Positions 51,101 through 64,000 of a DNA stretch of 64,000 nt are shown one piece after another. The DNA comes from Eledone cirrhosa (taxonomy: Eukaryota). The notes beneath the pieces were generated by a model. That model was given only the letters and a program-made list of their open reading frames with translations. It was not told the DNA's origin and searched no databases. Where the stretch lies: the NCBI GenBank assembly GCA_964016885.1, contig OZ024756.1, positions 10,168,001 through 10,232,000 of the forward strand. Direction: 5' to 3'. The position numbers and the translations under genes were made by a program. Every line of letters starts with the position of its first letter. Positions within the stretch are counted from its first letter, which is position 1.

Positions 51101-54100
51101 GTTTGAGGTGATAAAAGCTGACTTCACACAATTGATGGAAGCTATAGAGTAGGAAGACCTGGCAATGAGGTGATAAAAGCTGACTTCACACAATTGATGG
51201 AAGCTATAGAGTAAGAAGACCTAGTTTGAGGTGATAAAAGCTGACTTCACACAATTGATGGAAGCTATGGAGTAAGAAGACCTAGTTTGAGGTGATAAAA
51301 GCTGACTTCACACAATTGATGGAAGCTATGGAGTAAGAAGACCTAGTTTGAGGTGATAAAATCTGACTTCACACAATTGATGGAAGTCATAGAATAGGAA
51401 GACCTGGGATGAGGTGATAAAAGCTGACTTCACACAATTGATGGAAGCTATAGAGTAGGAAGACCTGGGATGAGGTGATAAAAGCTGACTTCACACAATT
51501 GATGGAAGCAATGGAGTAAGAAGACCTAGTTTGAGGTGATAAAAGCTGACTTCACACAATTGATGGAAGTCATAGAATAGGAAGACCTGGGATGAGGTGA
51601 TAAAAGCTGACTTCACACAATTGATGGAAGCTATGGAATAGGCAGACCTGGGATGAGGTGATAAAAGCCGACCTCACACAATTGATGGAAGCTATAGAGT
51701 AGGAAGACCTAGTTTGAGGTGATAAAAGCTGACTTCACACAATTGATGGAAGCTATGGAGTAAGAAGACCTAATTTGAGGTGATAAAAGCTGACTTCACA
51801 CAATTGATGGAAGCTATAGAGTAGGAAGACCTGGGATGGGGTGATAAAAGCTGACTTCACACAATTGATGGAAGCTATGGAGTAAGAAGACCTAGTTTGA
51901 GGTGATAAAAGCTGACTTCACACAATTGATGGAAGCTATGGAGTAGGAAGACCTAATTTGAGGTGATAAAAGCTGACTTCACACAATTGATGGAAGCTAT
52001 AGAGTAGGAAGACCTGGGATGGGGTGATAAAAGCTGACTTCACACAATTGATGGAAGCTATAGAGTAGGAAGACCTGGGATGGGGTGATAAAAGCTGACT
52101 TCACACAATTGATGGAAGCTATAGAATAGGAAGACCTGGGATGAGGTGATAAAAGCTGACTTCACACAATTGATGGAAGCTATAGAGTAGGAAGACCTGG
52201 GATGGGGTGATAAAAGCTGACTTCACACAATTGATAGAAGCTATAGAGTAGGAAGACCTGGGATGAGGTGATAAAAGCCGACTTCACACAATTGATGGAA
52301 GCTATAGAGTAGGAAGACCTGGGATGGGGTGATAAAAGCTGACTTCACACAATTGATAGAAGCTATAGAGTAGGAAGACCTGGGATGGGGTGATAAAAGC
52401 TGACTTCACACAATTGATGGAAGCTATGGAGTAAGAAGACCTAGTTTGAGGTGATAAAAGCTGACTTCACACAATTGATGGAAGCTATAGAGTAGGAACA
52501 CCTGGCATGAGGTGATAAAAGCTGACTTCACACAATTGATAGAAGCTATAGAGTAGGAAGACCTGGGATGAGGTGATAAAAGCCGACTTCACACAATTGA
52601 TGGAAGCTATGGAATAGGCAGACCTGGGATGAGGTGATAAAAGCTGACCTCACACAATTGATGGAAGCTATGGAGTAAGAACACCTAGTTTGAGGTGATA
52701 AAAGCTGACTTCACACAATTGATGGAAGCTATAGAGTAGGAAGACCTGGGATGAGGTGATAAAAGCTTACTTCACACAATTGATGGAAGCTATAGAGTAA
52801 GAAGACGTAATTTGAGGTGATAAAAGCTGACTTCACACAATTGATGGAAGCTATAGAGTAGAAGACCTGGGATGGGGTGATAAAAGCTGACTTCACACAA
52901 TTGATGGAAGCTATAGAGTAGGAAGACCTAGTTTGAGGTGATAAAAGCTGACTTCACACAATTGATGGAAGCTATAGAGTAGGAAGACCTGGCATGAGGT
53001 GATAAAAGCTGACTTCACACAATTGATAGAAGCTATAGAGTAGGAAGACCTGGGATGAGGTGATAAAAGCCGACTTCACACAATTGATGGAAGCTATGGA
53101 ATAGGCAGACCTGGGATGAGGTGATAAAAGCTGACCTCACACAATTGATGGAAGCTATGGAGTAAGAACACCTAGTTTGAGGTGATAAAAGCTGACTTCA
53201 CACAATTGATGGAAGCTATAGAGTAGGAAGACCTGGGATGAGGTGATAAAAGCTTACTTCACACAATTGATGGAAGCTATAGAGTAAGAAGACGTAATTT
53301 GAGGTGATAAAAGCTGACTTCACACAATTGATGGAAGCTATAGAGTAGGAAGACCTGGGATGGGGTGATAAAAGCTGACTTCACACAATTGATGGAAGCT
53401 ATGGAGTAAGAAGACCTAGTTTGAGGTGATAAAAGCTGACTTCACACAATTGATGGAAGCTATAGAGTAGGAAGACCTGGGATGAGGTGATAAAAGCTGA
53501 CTTCACACAATTGATGGAAGCTATGGAGTAAGAAGACCTAGTTTGAGGTGATAAAAGCTGACTTCACACAATTGATGGAAGCTATAGAGTAGGAAGACCT
53601 GGGATGAGGTGATAAAAGCTGACCTCACACAATTGATGGAAGCAATGGAGTAAGAAGACCTAGTTTGAGGTGATAAAAGCTGACTTCACACAATTGATGG
53701 ACGCTATAGAGTAAGAAGACGTAATTTGAGGTGATAAAAGCTGACTTCACACAATTGATGGAAGCTATAGAGTAGGAAGACCTAATTTGAGGTGATAAAA
53801 GCTGACTTCACACAATTGATGGAAGTCATAGAATAGGAAGACCTGGGATGAGGTGATAAAAGCTGACTTCACACAATTGATGGAAGCTATAGAGTAGGAA
53901 GACCTAGTTTGAGGTGATAAAAGCTGACTTCACACAATTGATGGAAGCTATGGAGTAAGAAGACCTAATTTGAGGTGATAAAAGCTGACTTCACACAATT
54001 GATGGAAGCTATAGAGTAGGAAGACCTGGGATGGGGTGATAAAAGCTGACTTCACACAATTGATGGAAGCTATGGAGTAAGAAGACCTAGTTTGAGGTGA

Positions 54101-57100
54101 TAAAAGCTGACTTCACACAATTGATGGAAGCTATGGAGTAGGAAGACCTAATTTGAGGTGATAAAAGCTGACTTCACACAATTGATGGAAGCTATAGAGT
54201 AGGAAGACCTGGGATGGGGTGATAAAAGCTGACTTCACACAATTGATGGAAGCTATAGAGTAGGAAGACCTAGTTTGAGGTGATAAAAGCTGACTTCACA
54301 CAATTGATGGAAGCTATAGAGTAGGAACACCTGGCATGAGGTGATAAAAGCTGACTTCACACAATTGATAGAAGCTATAGAGTAGGAAGACCTGGGATGA
54401 GGTGATAAAAGCCGACTTCACACAATTGATGGAAGCTATGGAATAGGCAGACCTGGGATGAGGTGATAAAAGCTGACCTCACACAATTGATGGAAGCTAT
54501 GGAGTAAGAACACCTAGTTTGAGGTGATAAAAGCTGACTTCACACAATTGATGGAAGCTATAGAGTAGGAAGACCTGGGATGAGGTGATAAAAGCTTACT
54601 TCACACAATTGATGGAAGCTATAGAGTAAGAAGACGTAATTTGAGGTGATAAAAGCTGACTTCACACAATTGATGGAAGCTATAGAGTAGAAGACCTGGG
54701 ATGGGGTGATAAAAGCTGACTTCACACAATTGATGGAAGCTATAGAGTAGGAAGACCTAGTTTGAGGTGATAAAAGCTGACTTCACACAATTGATGGAAG
54801 CTATAGAGTAGGAAGACCTGGCATGAGGTGATAAAAGCTGACTTCACACAATTGATAGAAGCTATAGAGTAGGAAGACCTGGGATGAGGTGATAAAAGCC
54901 GACTTCACACAATTGATGGAAGCTATGGAATAGGCAGACCTGGGATGAGGTGATAAAAGCTGACCTCACACAATTGATGGAAGCTATGGAGTAAGAACAC
55001 CTAGTTTGAGGTGATAAAAGCTGACTTCACACAATTGATGGAAGCTATAGAGTAGGAAGACCTGGGATGAGGTGATAAAAGCTTACTTCACACAATTGAT
55101 GGAAGCTATAGAGTAAGAAGACGTAATTTGAGGTGATAAAAGCTGACTTCACACAATTGATGGAAGCTATAGAGTAGGAAGACCTGGGATGGGGTGATAA
55201 AAGCTTACTTCACACAATTGATGGAAGCTATAGAGTAAGAAGACGTAATTTGAGGTGATAAAAGCTGACTTCACACAATTGATGGAAGCTATAGAGTAGG
55301 AAGACCTGGGATGGGGTGATAAAAGCTGACTTCACACAATTGATGGAAGCTATGGAGTAAGAACACCTAGTTTGAGGTGATAAAAGCTGACTTCACACAA
55401 TTGATGGAAGCTATAGAGTAGGAAGACCTGGGATGAGGTGATAAAAGCTGACTTCACACAATTGATGGAAGCTATGGAGTAAGAAGACCTAGTTTGAGGT
55501 GATAAAAGCTGACTTCACACAATTGATGGAAGCTATAGAGTAGGAAGACCTGGGATGAGGTGATAAAAGCTGACCTCACACAATTGATGGAAGCAATGGA
55601 GTAAGAAGACCTAGTTTGAGGTGATAAAAGCTGACTTCACACAATTGATGGACGCTATAGAGTAAGAAGACGTAATTTGAGGTGATAAAAGCTGACTTCA
55701 CACAATTGATGGAAGCTATAGAGTAGGAAGACCTAATTTGAGGTGATAAAAGCTGACTTCACACAATTGATGGAAGTCATAGAATAGGAAGACCTGGGAT
55801 GAGGTGATAAAAGCTGACTTCACACAATTGATGGAAGCTATAGAGTAGGAAGACCTAGTTTGAGGTGATAAAAGCTGACTTCACACAATTGATGGAAGCT
55901 ATAGAGTAGGAAGACCTGGCATGAGGTGATAAAAGCTGACTTCACACAATTGATAGAAGCTATAGAGTAGGAAGACCTAATTTGAGGTGATAAAAGCTGA
56001 CTTCACACAATTGATGGAAGCTATGGAGTAAGAAGACCTAATTTGAGGTGATAAAAGCTGACTTCACACAATTGATAGAAGCTATAGAGTAGGAAGACCT
56101 AGTTTGAGGTGATAAAAGCTGACTTCACACAATTGATGGAAGCTATGGAGTAAGAAGACCTAATTTGAGGTGATAAAAGCTGACTTCACACAATTGATGG
56201 AAGCTATAGAGTAGGAAGACCTGGGATGGGGTGATAAAAGCTGACTTCACACAATTGATGGAAGCTATGGAGTAAGAAGACCTAGTTTGAGGTGATAAAA
56301 GCTGACTTCACACAATTGATGGAAGCTATGGAGTAGGAAGACCTAATTTGAGGTGATAAAAGCTGAGTTCACACAATTGATGGAAGCTATAGAGTAGGAA
56401 GACCTGGGATGGGGTGATAAAAGCTGACTTCACACAATTGATAGAAGCTATAGAGTAGGAAGACCTAGTTTGAGGTGATAAAAGCTGACTTAACACAATT
56501 GATGGAAGCTATAGAGTAGGAAGACCTGGCATGAGGTGATAAAAGCTGACTTCACACAATTGATAGAAGCTATAGAGTAGGAAGACCTGGGATGAGGTGA
56601 TAAAAGCCGACTTCACACAATTGATGGAAGCTATGGAATAGGCAGACCTGGGATGAGGTGATAAAAGCTGACCTCACACAATTGATGGAAGCTATGGAGT
56701 AAGAACACCTAGTTTGAGGTGATAAAAGCTGACTTCACACAATTGATGGAAGCTATAGAGTAGGAAGACCTGGGATGAGGTGATAAAAGCTTACTTCACA
56801 CAATTGATGGAAGCTATAGAGTAAGAAGACGTAATTTGAGGTGATAAAAGCTGACTTCACACAATTGATGGAAGCTATAGAGTAGAAGACCTGGGATGGG
56901 GTGATAAAAGCTGACTTCACACAATTGATGGAAGCTATAGAGTAGGAAGACCTAGTTTGAGGTGATAAAAGCTGACTTCACACAATTGATGGAAGCTATA
57001 GAGTAGGAAGACCTGGCATGAGGTGATAAAAGCTGACTTCACACAATTGATAGAAGCTATAGAGTAGGAAGACCTGGGATGAGGTGATAAAAGCCGACTT

Positions 57101-60100
57101 CACACAATTGATGGAAGCTATGGAATAGGCAGACCTGGGATGAGGTGATAAAAGCTGACCTCACACAATTGATGGAAGCTATGGAGTAAGAACACCTAGT
57201 TTGAGGTGATAAAAGCTGACTTCACACAATTGATGGAAGCTATAGAGTAGGAAGACCTGGGATGAGGTGATAAAAGCTTACTTCACACAATTGATGGAAG
57301 CTATAGAGTAAGAAGACGTAATTTGAGGTGATAAAAGCTGACTTCACACAATTGATGGAAGCTATAGAGTAGGAAGACCTGGGATGGGGTGATAAAAGCT
57401 GACTTCACACAATTGATGGAAGCTATGGAGTAAGAAGACCTAGTTTGAGGTGATAAAAGCTGACTTCACACAATTGATGGAAGCTATAGAGTAGGAAGAC
57501 CTGGGATGGGGTGATAAAAGCTGACTTCACACAATTGATAGAAGCTATAGAGTAGGAAGACCTGGGATGGGGTGATAAAAGCTGACTTCACACAATTGAT
57601 GGAAGCTATGGAGTAAGAAGACCTAGTTTGAGGTGATAAAAGCTGACTTCACACAATTGATGGAAGCTATAGAGTAGGAACACCTGGCATGAGGTGATAA
57701 AAGCTGACTTCACACAATTGATAGAAGCTATAGAGTAGGAAGACCTGGGATGAGGTGATAAAAGCCGACTTCACACAATTGATGGAAGCTATGGAATAGG
57801 CAGACCTGGGATGAGGTGATAAAAGCTGACCTCACACAATTGATGGAAGCTATGGAGTAAGAACACCTAGTTTGAGGTGATAAAAGCTGACTTCACACAA
57901 TTGATGGAAGCTATAGAGTAGGAAGACCTGGGATGAGGTGATAAAAGCTTACTTCACACAATTGATGGAAGCTATAGAGTAAGAAGACGTAATTTGAGGT
58001 GATAAAAGCTGACTTCACACAATTGATGGAAGCTATAGAGTAGAAGACCTGGGATGGGGTGATAAAAGCTGACTTCACACAATTGATGGAAGCTATAGAG
58101 TAGGAAGACCTAGTTTGAGGTGATAAAAGCTGACTTCACACAATTGATGGAAGCTATAGAGTAGGAAGACCTGGCATGAGGTGATAAAAGCTGACTTCAC
58201 ACAATTGATAGAAGCTATAGAGTAGGAAGACCTGGGATGAGGTGATAAAAGCCGACTTCACACAATTGATGGAAGCTATGGAATAGGCAGACCTGGGATG
58301 AGGTGATAAAAGCTGACCTCACACAATTGATGGAAGCTATGGAGTAAGAACACCTAGTTTGAGGTGATAAAAGCTGACTTCACACAATTGATGGAAGCTA
58401 TAGAGTAGGAAGACCTGGGATGAGGTGATAAAAGCTTACTTCACACAATTGATGGAAGCTATAGAGTAAGAAGACGTAATTTGAGGTGATAAAAGCTGAC
58501 TTCACACAATTGATGGAAGCTATAGAGTAGGAAGACCTGGGATGGGGTGATAAAAGCTGACTTCACACAATTGATGGAAGCTATGGAGTAAGAAGACCTA
58601 GTTTGAGGTGATAAAAGCTGACTTCACACAATTGATGGAAGCTATAGAGTAGGAAGACCTGGGATGAGGTGATAAAAGCTGACTTCACACAATTGATGGA
58701 AGCTATGGAGTAAGAAGACCTAGTTTGAGGTGATAAAAGCTGACTTCACACAATTGATGGAAGCTATAGAGTAGGAAGACCTGGGATGAGGTGATAAAAG
58801 CTGACCTCACACAATTGATGGAAGCAATGGAGTAAGAAGACCTAGTTTGAGGTGATAAAAGCTGACTTCACACAATTGATGGACGCTATAGAGTAAGAAG
58901 ACGTAATTTGAGGTGATAAAAGCTGACTTCACACAATTGATGGAAGCTATAGAGTAGGAAGACCTAATTTGAGGTGATAAAAGCTGACTTCACACAATTG
59001 ATGGAAGTCATAGAATAGGAAGACCTGGGATGAGGTGATAAAAGCTGACTTCACACAATTGATGGAAGCTATAGAGTAGGAAGACCTAGTTTGAGGTGAT
59101 AAAAGCTGACTTCACACAATTGATGGAAGCTATGGAGTAAGAAGACCTAATTTGAGGTGATAAAAGCTGACTTCACACAATTGATGGAAGCTATAGAGTA
59201 GGAAGACCTGGGATGGGGTGATAAAAGCTGACTTCACACAATTGATGGAAGCTATGGAGTAAGAAGACCTAGTTTGAGGTGATAAAAGCTGACTTCACAC
59301 AATTGATGGAAGCTATGGAGTAGGAAGACCTAATTTGAGGTGATAAAAGCTGACTTCACACAATTGATGGAAGCTATAGAGTAGGAAGACCTAGTTTGAG
59401 GTGATAAAAGCTGACTTCACACAATTGATGGAAGCTATGGAGTAAGAAGACCTAGTTTGAGGTGATAAAAGCTGACTTCACACAATTGATGGAAGCTATG
59501 GAGTAGGAAGACCTAATTTGAGGTGATAAAAGCTGACTTCACACAATTGATGGAAGCTATGGAGTAGGAAGACCTAATTTGAGGTGATAAAAGCTGACTT
59601 CACACAATTGATGGAAGCTATAGAGTAGAAGACCTGGGATGGGGTGATAAAAGCTGACTTCACACAATTGATGGAAGCTATAGAGTAGGAAGACCTAGTT
59701 TGAGGTGATAAAAGCTGACTTCACACAATTGATGGAAGCTATAGAGTAGGAAGACCTGGGATGAGGTGATAAAAGCCGACTTCACACAATTGATGGAAGC
59801 TATGGAATAGGCAGACCTGGGATGAGGTGATAAAAGCTGACCTCACACAATTGATGGAAGCTATGGAGTAAGAACACCTAGTTTGAGGTGATAAAAGCTG
59901 ACTTCACACAATTGATGGAAGCTATAGAGTAGGAAGACCTGGGATGAGGTGATAAAAGCTTACTTCACACAATTGATGGAAGCTATAGAGTAAGAAGACG
60001 TAATTTGAGGTGATAAAAGCTGACTTCACACAATTGATGGAAGCTATAGAGTAGAAGACCTGGGATGGGGTGATAAAAGCTGACTTCACACAATTGATGG

Positions 60101-63100
60101 AAGCTATAGAGTAGGAAGACCTAGTTTGAGGTGATAAAAGCTGACTTCACACAATTGATGGAAGCTATAGAGTAGGAAGACCTGGCATGAGGTGATAAAA
60201 GCTGACTTCACACAATTGATAGAAGCTATAGAGTAGGAAGACCTGGGATGAGGTGATAAAAGCCGACTTCACACAATTGATGGAAGCTATGGAATAGGCA
60301 GACCTGGGATGAGGTGATAAAAGCTGACCTCACACAATTGATGGAAGCTATGGAGTAAGAACACCTAGTTTGAGGTGATAAAAGCTGACTTCACACAATT
60401 GATGGAAGCTATAGAGTAGGAAGACCTGGGATGAGGTGATAAAAGCTTACTTCACACAATTGATGGAAGCTATAGAGTAAGAAGACGTAATTTGAGGTGA
60501 TAAAAGCTGACTTCACACAATTGATGGAAGCTATAGAGTAGGAAGACCTGGGATGGGGTGATAAAAGCTGACTTCACACAATTGATGGAAGCTATGGAGT
60601 AAGAAGACCTAGTTTGAGGTGATAAAAGCTGACTTCACACAATTGATGGAAGCTATAGAGTAGGAAGACCTGGGATGAGGTGATAAAAGCTGACTTCACA
60701 CAATTGATGGAAGCTATGGAGTAAGAAGACCTAGTTTGAGGTGATAAAAGCTGACTTCACACAATTGATGGAAGCTATAGAGTAGGAAGACCTGGGATGA
60801 GGTGATAAAAGCTGACCTCACACAATTGATGGAAGCAATGGAGTAAGAAGACCTAGTTTGAGGTGATAAAAGCTGACTTCACACAATTGATGGACGCTAT
60901 AGAGTAAGAAGACGTAATTTGAGGTGATAAAAGCTGACTTCACACAATTGATGGAAGCTATAGAGTAGGAAGACCTAATTTGAGGTGATAAAAGCTGACT
61001 TCACACAATTGATGGAAGTCATAGAATAGGAAGACCTGGGATGAGGTGATAAAAGCTGACTTCACACAATTGATGGAAGCTATAGAGTAGGAAGACCTAG
61101 TTTGAGGTGATAAAAGCTGACTTCACACAATTGATGGAAGCTATAGAGTAGGAAGACCTGGCATGAGGTGATAAAAGCTGACTTCACACAATTGATAGAA
61201 GCTATAGAGTAGGAAGACCTAATTTGAGGTGATAAAAGCTGACTTCACACAATTGATGGAAGCTATGGAGTAAGAAGACCTAATTTGAGGTGATAAAAGC
61301 TGACTTCACACAATTGATAGAAGCTATAGAGTAGGAAGACCTAGTTTGAGGTGATAAAAGCTGACTTCACACAATTGATGGAAGCTATGGAGTAAGAAGA
61401 CCTAATTTGAGGTGATAAAAGCTGACTTCACACAATTGATGGAAGCTATAGAGTAGGAAGACCTGGGATGGGGTGATAAAAGCTGACTTCACACAATTGA
61501 TGGAAGCTATGGAGTAAGAAGACCTAGTTTGAGGTGATAAAAGCTGACTTCACACAATTGATGGAAGCTATGGAGTAGGAAGACCTAATTTGAGGTGATA
61601 AAAGCTGAGTTCACACAATTGATGGAAGCTATAGAGTAGGAAGACCTGGGATGGGGTGATAAAAGCTGACTTCACACAATTGATAGAAGCTATAGAGTAG
61701 GAAGACCTAGTTTGAGGTGATAAAAGCTGACTTAACACAATTGATGGAAGCTATAGAGTAGGAAGACCTGGCATGAGGTGATAAAAGCTGACTTCACACA
61801 ATTGATAGAAGCTATAGAGTAGGAAGACCTGGGATGAGGTGATAAAAGCCGACTTCACACAATTGATGGAAGCTATGGAATAGGCAGACCTGGGATGAGG
61901 TGATAAAAGCTGACCTCACACAATTGATGGAAGCTATGGAGTAAGAACACCTAGTTTGAGGTGATAAAAGCTGACTTCACACAATTGATGGAAGCTATAG
62001 AGTAGGAAGACCTGGGATGAGGTGATAAAAGCTTACTTCACACAATTGATGGAAGCTATAGAGTAAGAAGACGTAATTTGAGGTGATAAAAGCTGACTTC
62101 ACACAATTGATGGAAGCTATAGAGTAGAAGACCTGGGATGGGGTGATAAAAGCTGACTTCACACAATTGATGGAAGCTATAGAGTAGGAAGACCTAGTTT
62201 GAGGTGATAAAAGCTGACTTCACACAATTGATGGAAGCTATAGAGTAGGAAGACCTGGCATGAGGTGATAAAAGCTGACTTCACACAATTGATAGAAGCT
62301 ATAGAGTAGGAAGACCTGGGATGAGGTGATAAAAGCCGACTTCACACAATTGATGGAAGCTATGGAATAGGCAGACCTGGGATGAGGTGATAAAAGCTGA
62401 CCTCACACAATTGATGGAAGCTATGGAGTAAGAACACCTAGTTTGAGGTGATAAAAGCTGACTTCACACAATTGATGGAAGCTATAGAGTAGGAAGACCT
62501 GGGATGAGGTGATAAAAGCTTACTTCACACAATTGATGGAAGCTATAGAGTAAGAAGACGTAATTTGAGGTGATAAAAGCTGACTTCACACAATTGATGG
62601 AAGCTATAGAGTAGGAAGACCTGGGATGGGGTGATAAAAGCTGACTTCACACAATTGATGGAAGCTATGGAGTAAGAAGACCTAGTTTGAGGTGATAAAA
62701 GCTGACTTCACACAATTGATGGAAGCTATAGAGTAGGAAGACCTGGGATGAGGTGATAAAAGCTGACTTCACACAATTGATGGAAGCTATGGAGTAAGAA
62801 GACCTAGTTTGAGGTGATAAAAGCTGACTTCACACAATTGATGGAAGCTATAGAGTAGGAAGACCTGGGATGAGGTGATAAAAGCTGACCTCACACAATT
62901 GATGGAAGCAATGGAGTAAGAAGACCTAGTTTGAGGTGATAAAAGCTGACTTCACACAATTGATGGACGCTATAGAGTAAGAAGACGTAATTTGAGGTGA
63001 TAAAAGCTGACTTCACACAATTGATGGAAGCTATAGAGTAGGAAGACCTAATTTGAGGTGATAAAAGCTGACTTCACACAATTGATGGAAGTCATAGAAT

Positions 63101-64000
63101 AGGAAGACCTGGGATGAGGTGATAAAAGCTGACTTCACACAATTGATGGAAGCTATAGAGTAGGAAGACCTAGTTTGAGGTGATAAAAGCTGACTTCACA
63201 CAATTGATGGAAGCTATGGAGTAAGAAGACCTAATTTGAGGTGATAAAAGCTGACTTCACACAATTGATGGAAGCTATAGAGTAGGAAGACCTGGGATGG
63301 GGTGATAAAAGCTGACTTCACACAATTGATGGAAGCTATGGAGTAAGAAGACCTAGTTTGAGGTGATAAAAGCTGACTTCACACAATTGATGGAAGCTAT
63401 GGAGTAGGAAGACCTAATTTGAGGTGATAAAAGCTGAGTTCACACAATTGATGGAAGCTATAGAGTAGGAAGACCTGGGATGGGGTGATAAAAGCTGACT
63501 TCACACAATTGATAGAAGCTATAGAGTAGGAAGACCTAGTTTGAGGTGATAAAAGCTGACTTAACACAATTGATGGAAGCTATAGAGTAGGAAGACCTGG
63601 CATGAGGTGATAAAAGCTGACTTCACACAATTGATAGAAGCTATAGAGTAGGAAGACCTGGGATGAGGTGATAAAAGCCGACTTCACACAATTGATGGAA
63701 GCTATGGAATAGGCAGACCTGGGATGAGGTGATAAAAGCTGACCTCACACAATTGATGGAAGCTATGGAGTAAGAACACCTAGTTTGAGGTGATAAAAGC
63801 TGACTTCACACAATTGATGGAAGCTATAGAGTAGGAAGACCTGGGATGAGGTGATAAAAGCTTACTTCACACAATTGATGGAAGCTATAGAGTAAGAAGA
63901 CGTAATTTGAGGTGATAAAAGCTGACTTCACACAATTGATGGAAGCTATAGAGTAGGAAGACCTGGGATGGGGTGATAAAAGCTGACTTCACACAATTGA
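15116..64000. repeat. 61-bp tandem satellite DNA, about 800 head-to-tail monomers, continuing beyond the window
   Basis: Consensus TCACACAATTGATGGAAGCTAT[A/G]GAGTA[G/A]GAAGACCT[GGGA/AGTT/AATT]TGAGGTGATAAAAGCTGACT. No inversions or insertions seen. The first monomer (15116-15160) is degenerate. Confidence 0.99.

Noticed and set aside
15116-64000. CRISPR array in the 61-bp repeat
   Set aside because: The variable segments are point variants of one sequence, not unique spacers, and the context is eukaryotic.
15116-64000. Hammerhead ribozyme/retrozyme satellite
   Set aside because: No CTGANGA plus GAAA core on either strand of the consensus monomer.
15116-64000. Tandem C/D-box snoRNA or let-7-like miRNA cluster (TGATGG...CTGA; TGAGGT)
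   Set aside because: Box C is imperfect and there is no terminal stem or spacer between units. TGAGGTGA differs from let-7 TGAGGTAG and no pre-miRNA-length hairpin forms.
15116-64000. Protein-coding tandem repeat
   Set aside because: 61 is not a multiple of 3, both strands carry stops in each unit, and no ORF of 60 aa or more appears.

Overview
Eukaryotic, AT-rich, repeat-dominated window, most likely coleoid cephalopod (Octopus-like). This is inferred from long (TA)n tracts, RTE LINEs with (GAT)n tails and a [11 protein letters not shown]-type C2H2 array. Positions 1-10.7 kb are a transposon cluster: a 5'-truncated RTE LINE with an open RT ORF, a near-complete CR1/L2-type LINE (CCCH ORF1, APE+RT ORF2), a Penelope GIY-YIG remnant, a tRNA-derived SINE and two decayed RTE copies. 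At 10.9-13.2 kb (minus strand) there is a tandem C2H2 zinc-finger gene that the ORF track misses. It has an ATG at 13138, an in-frame TAG at codon 31, then 17 intact fingers, a 2-bp deletion and further decaying fingers. Positions 13.2-15.1 kb hold small repeats, RTE-tail fragments and a piggyBac-like MITE. From about 15116 to the window end is one uninterrupted head-to-tail 61-bp satellite (about 800 monomers) with nested higher-order structure: dimer, 8-mer, 22-mer, 30-mer, and 7.5-kb and 24.5-kb duplications. No prokaryotic features or CRISPR arrays were found. All coordinates and offsets were counted by hand.
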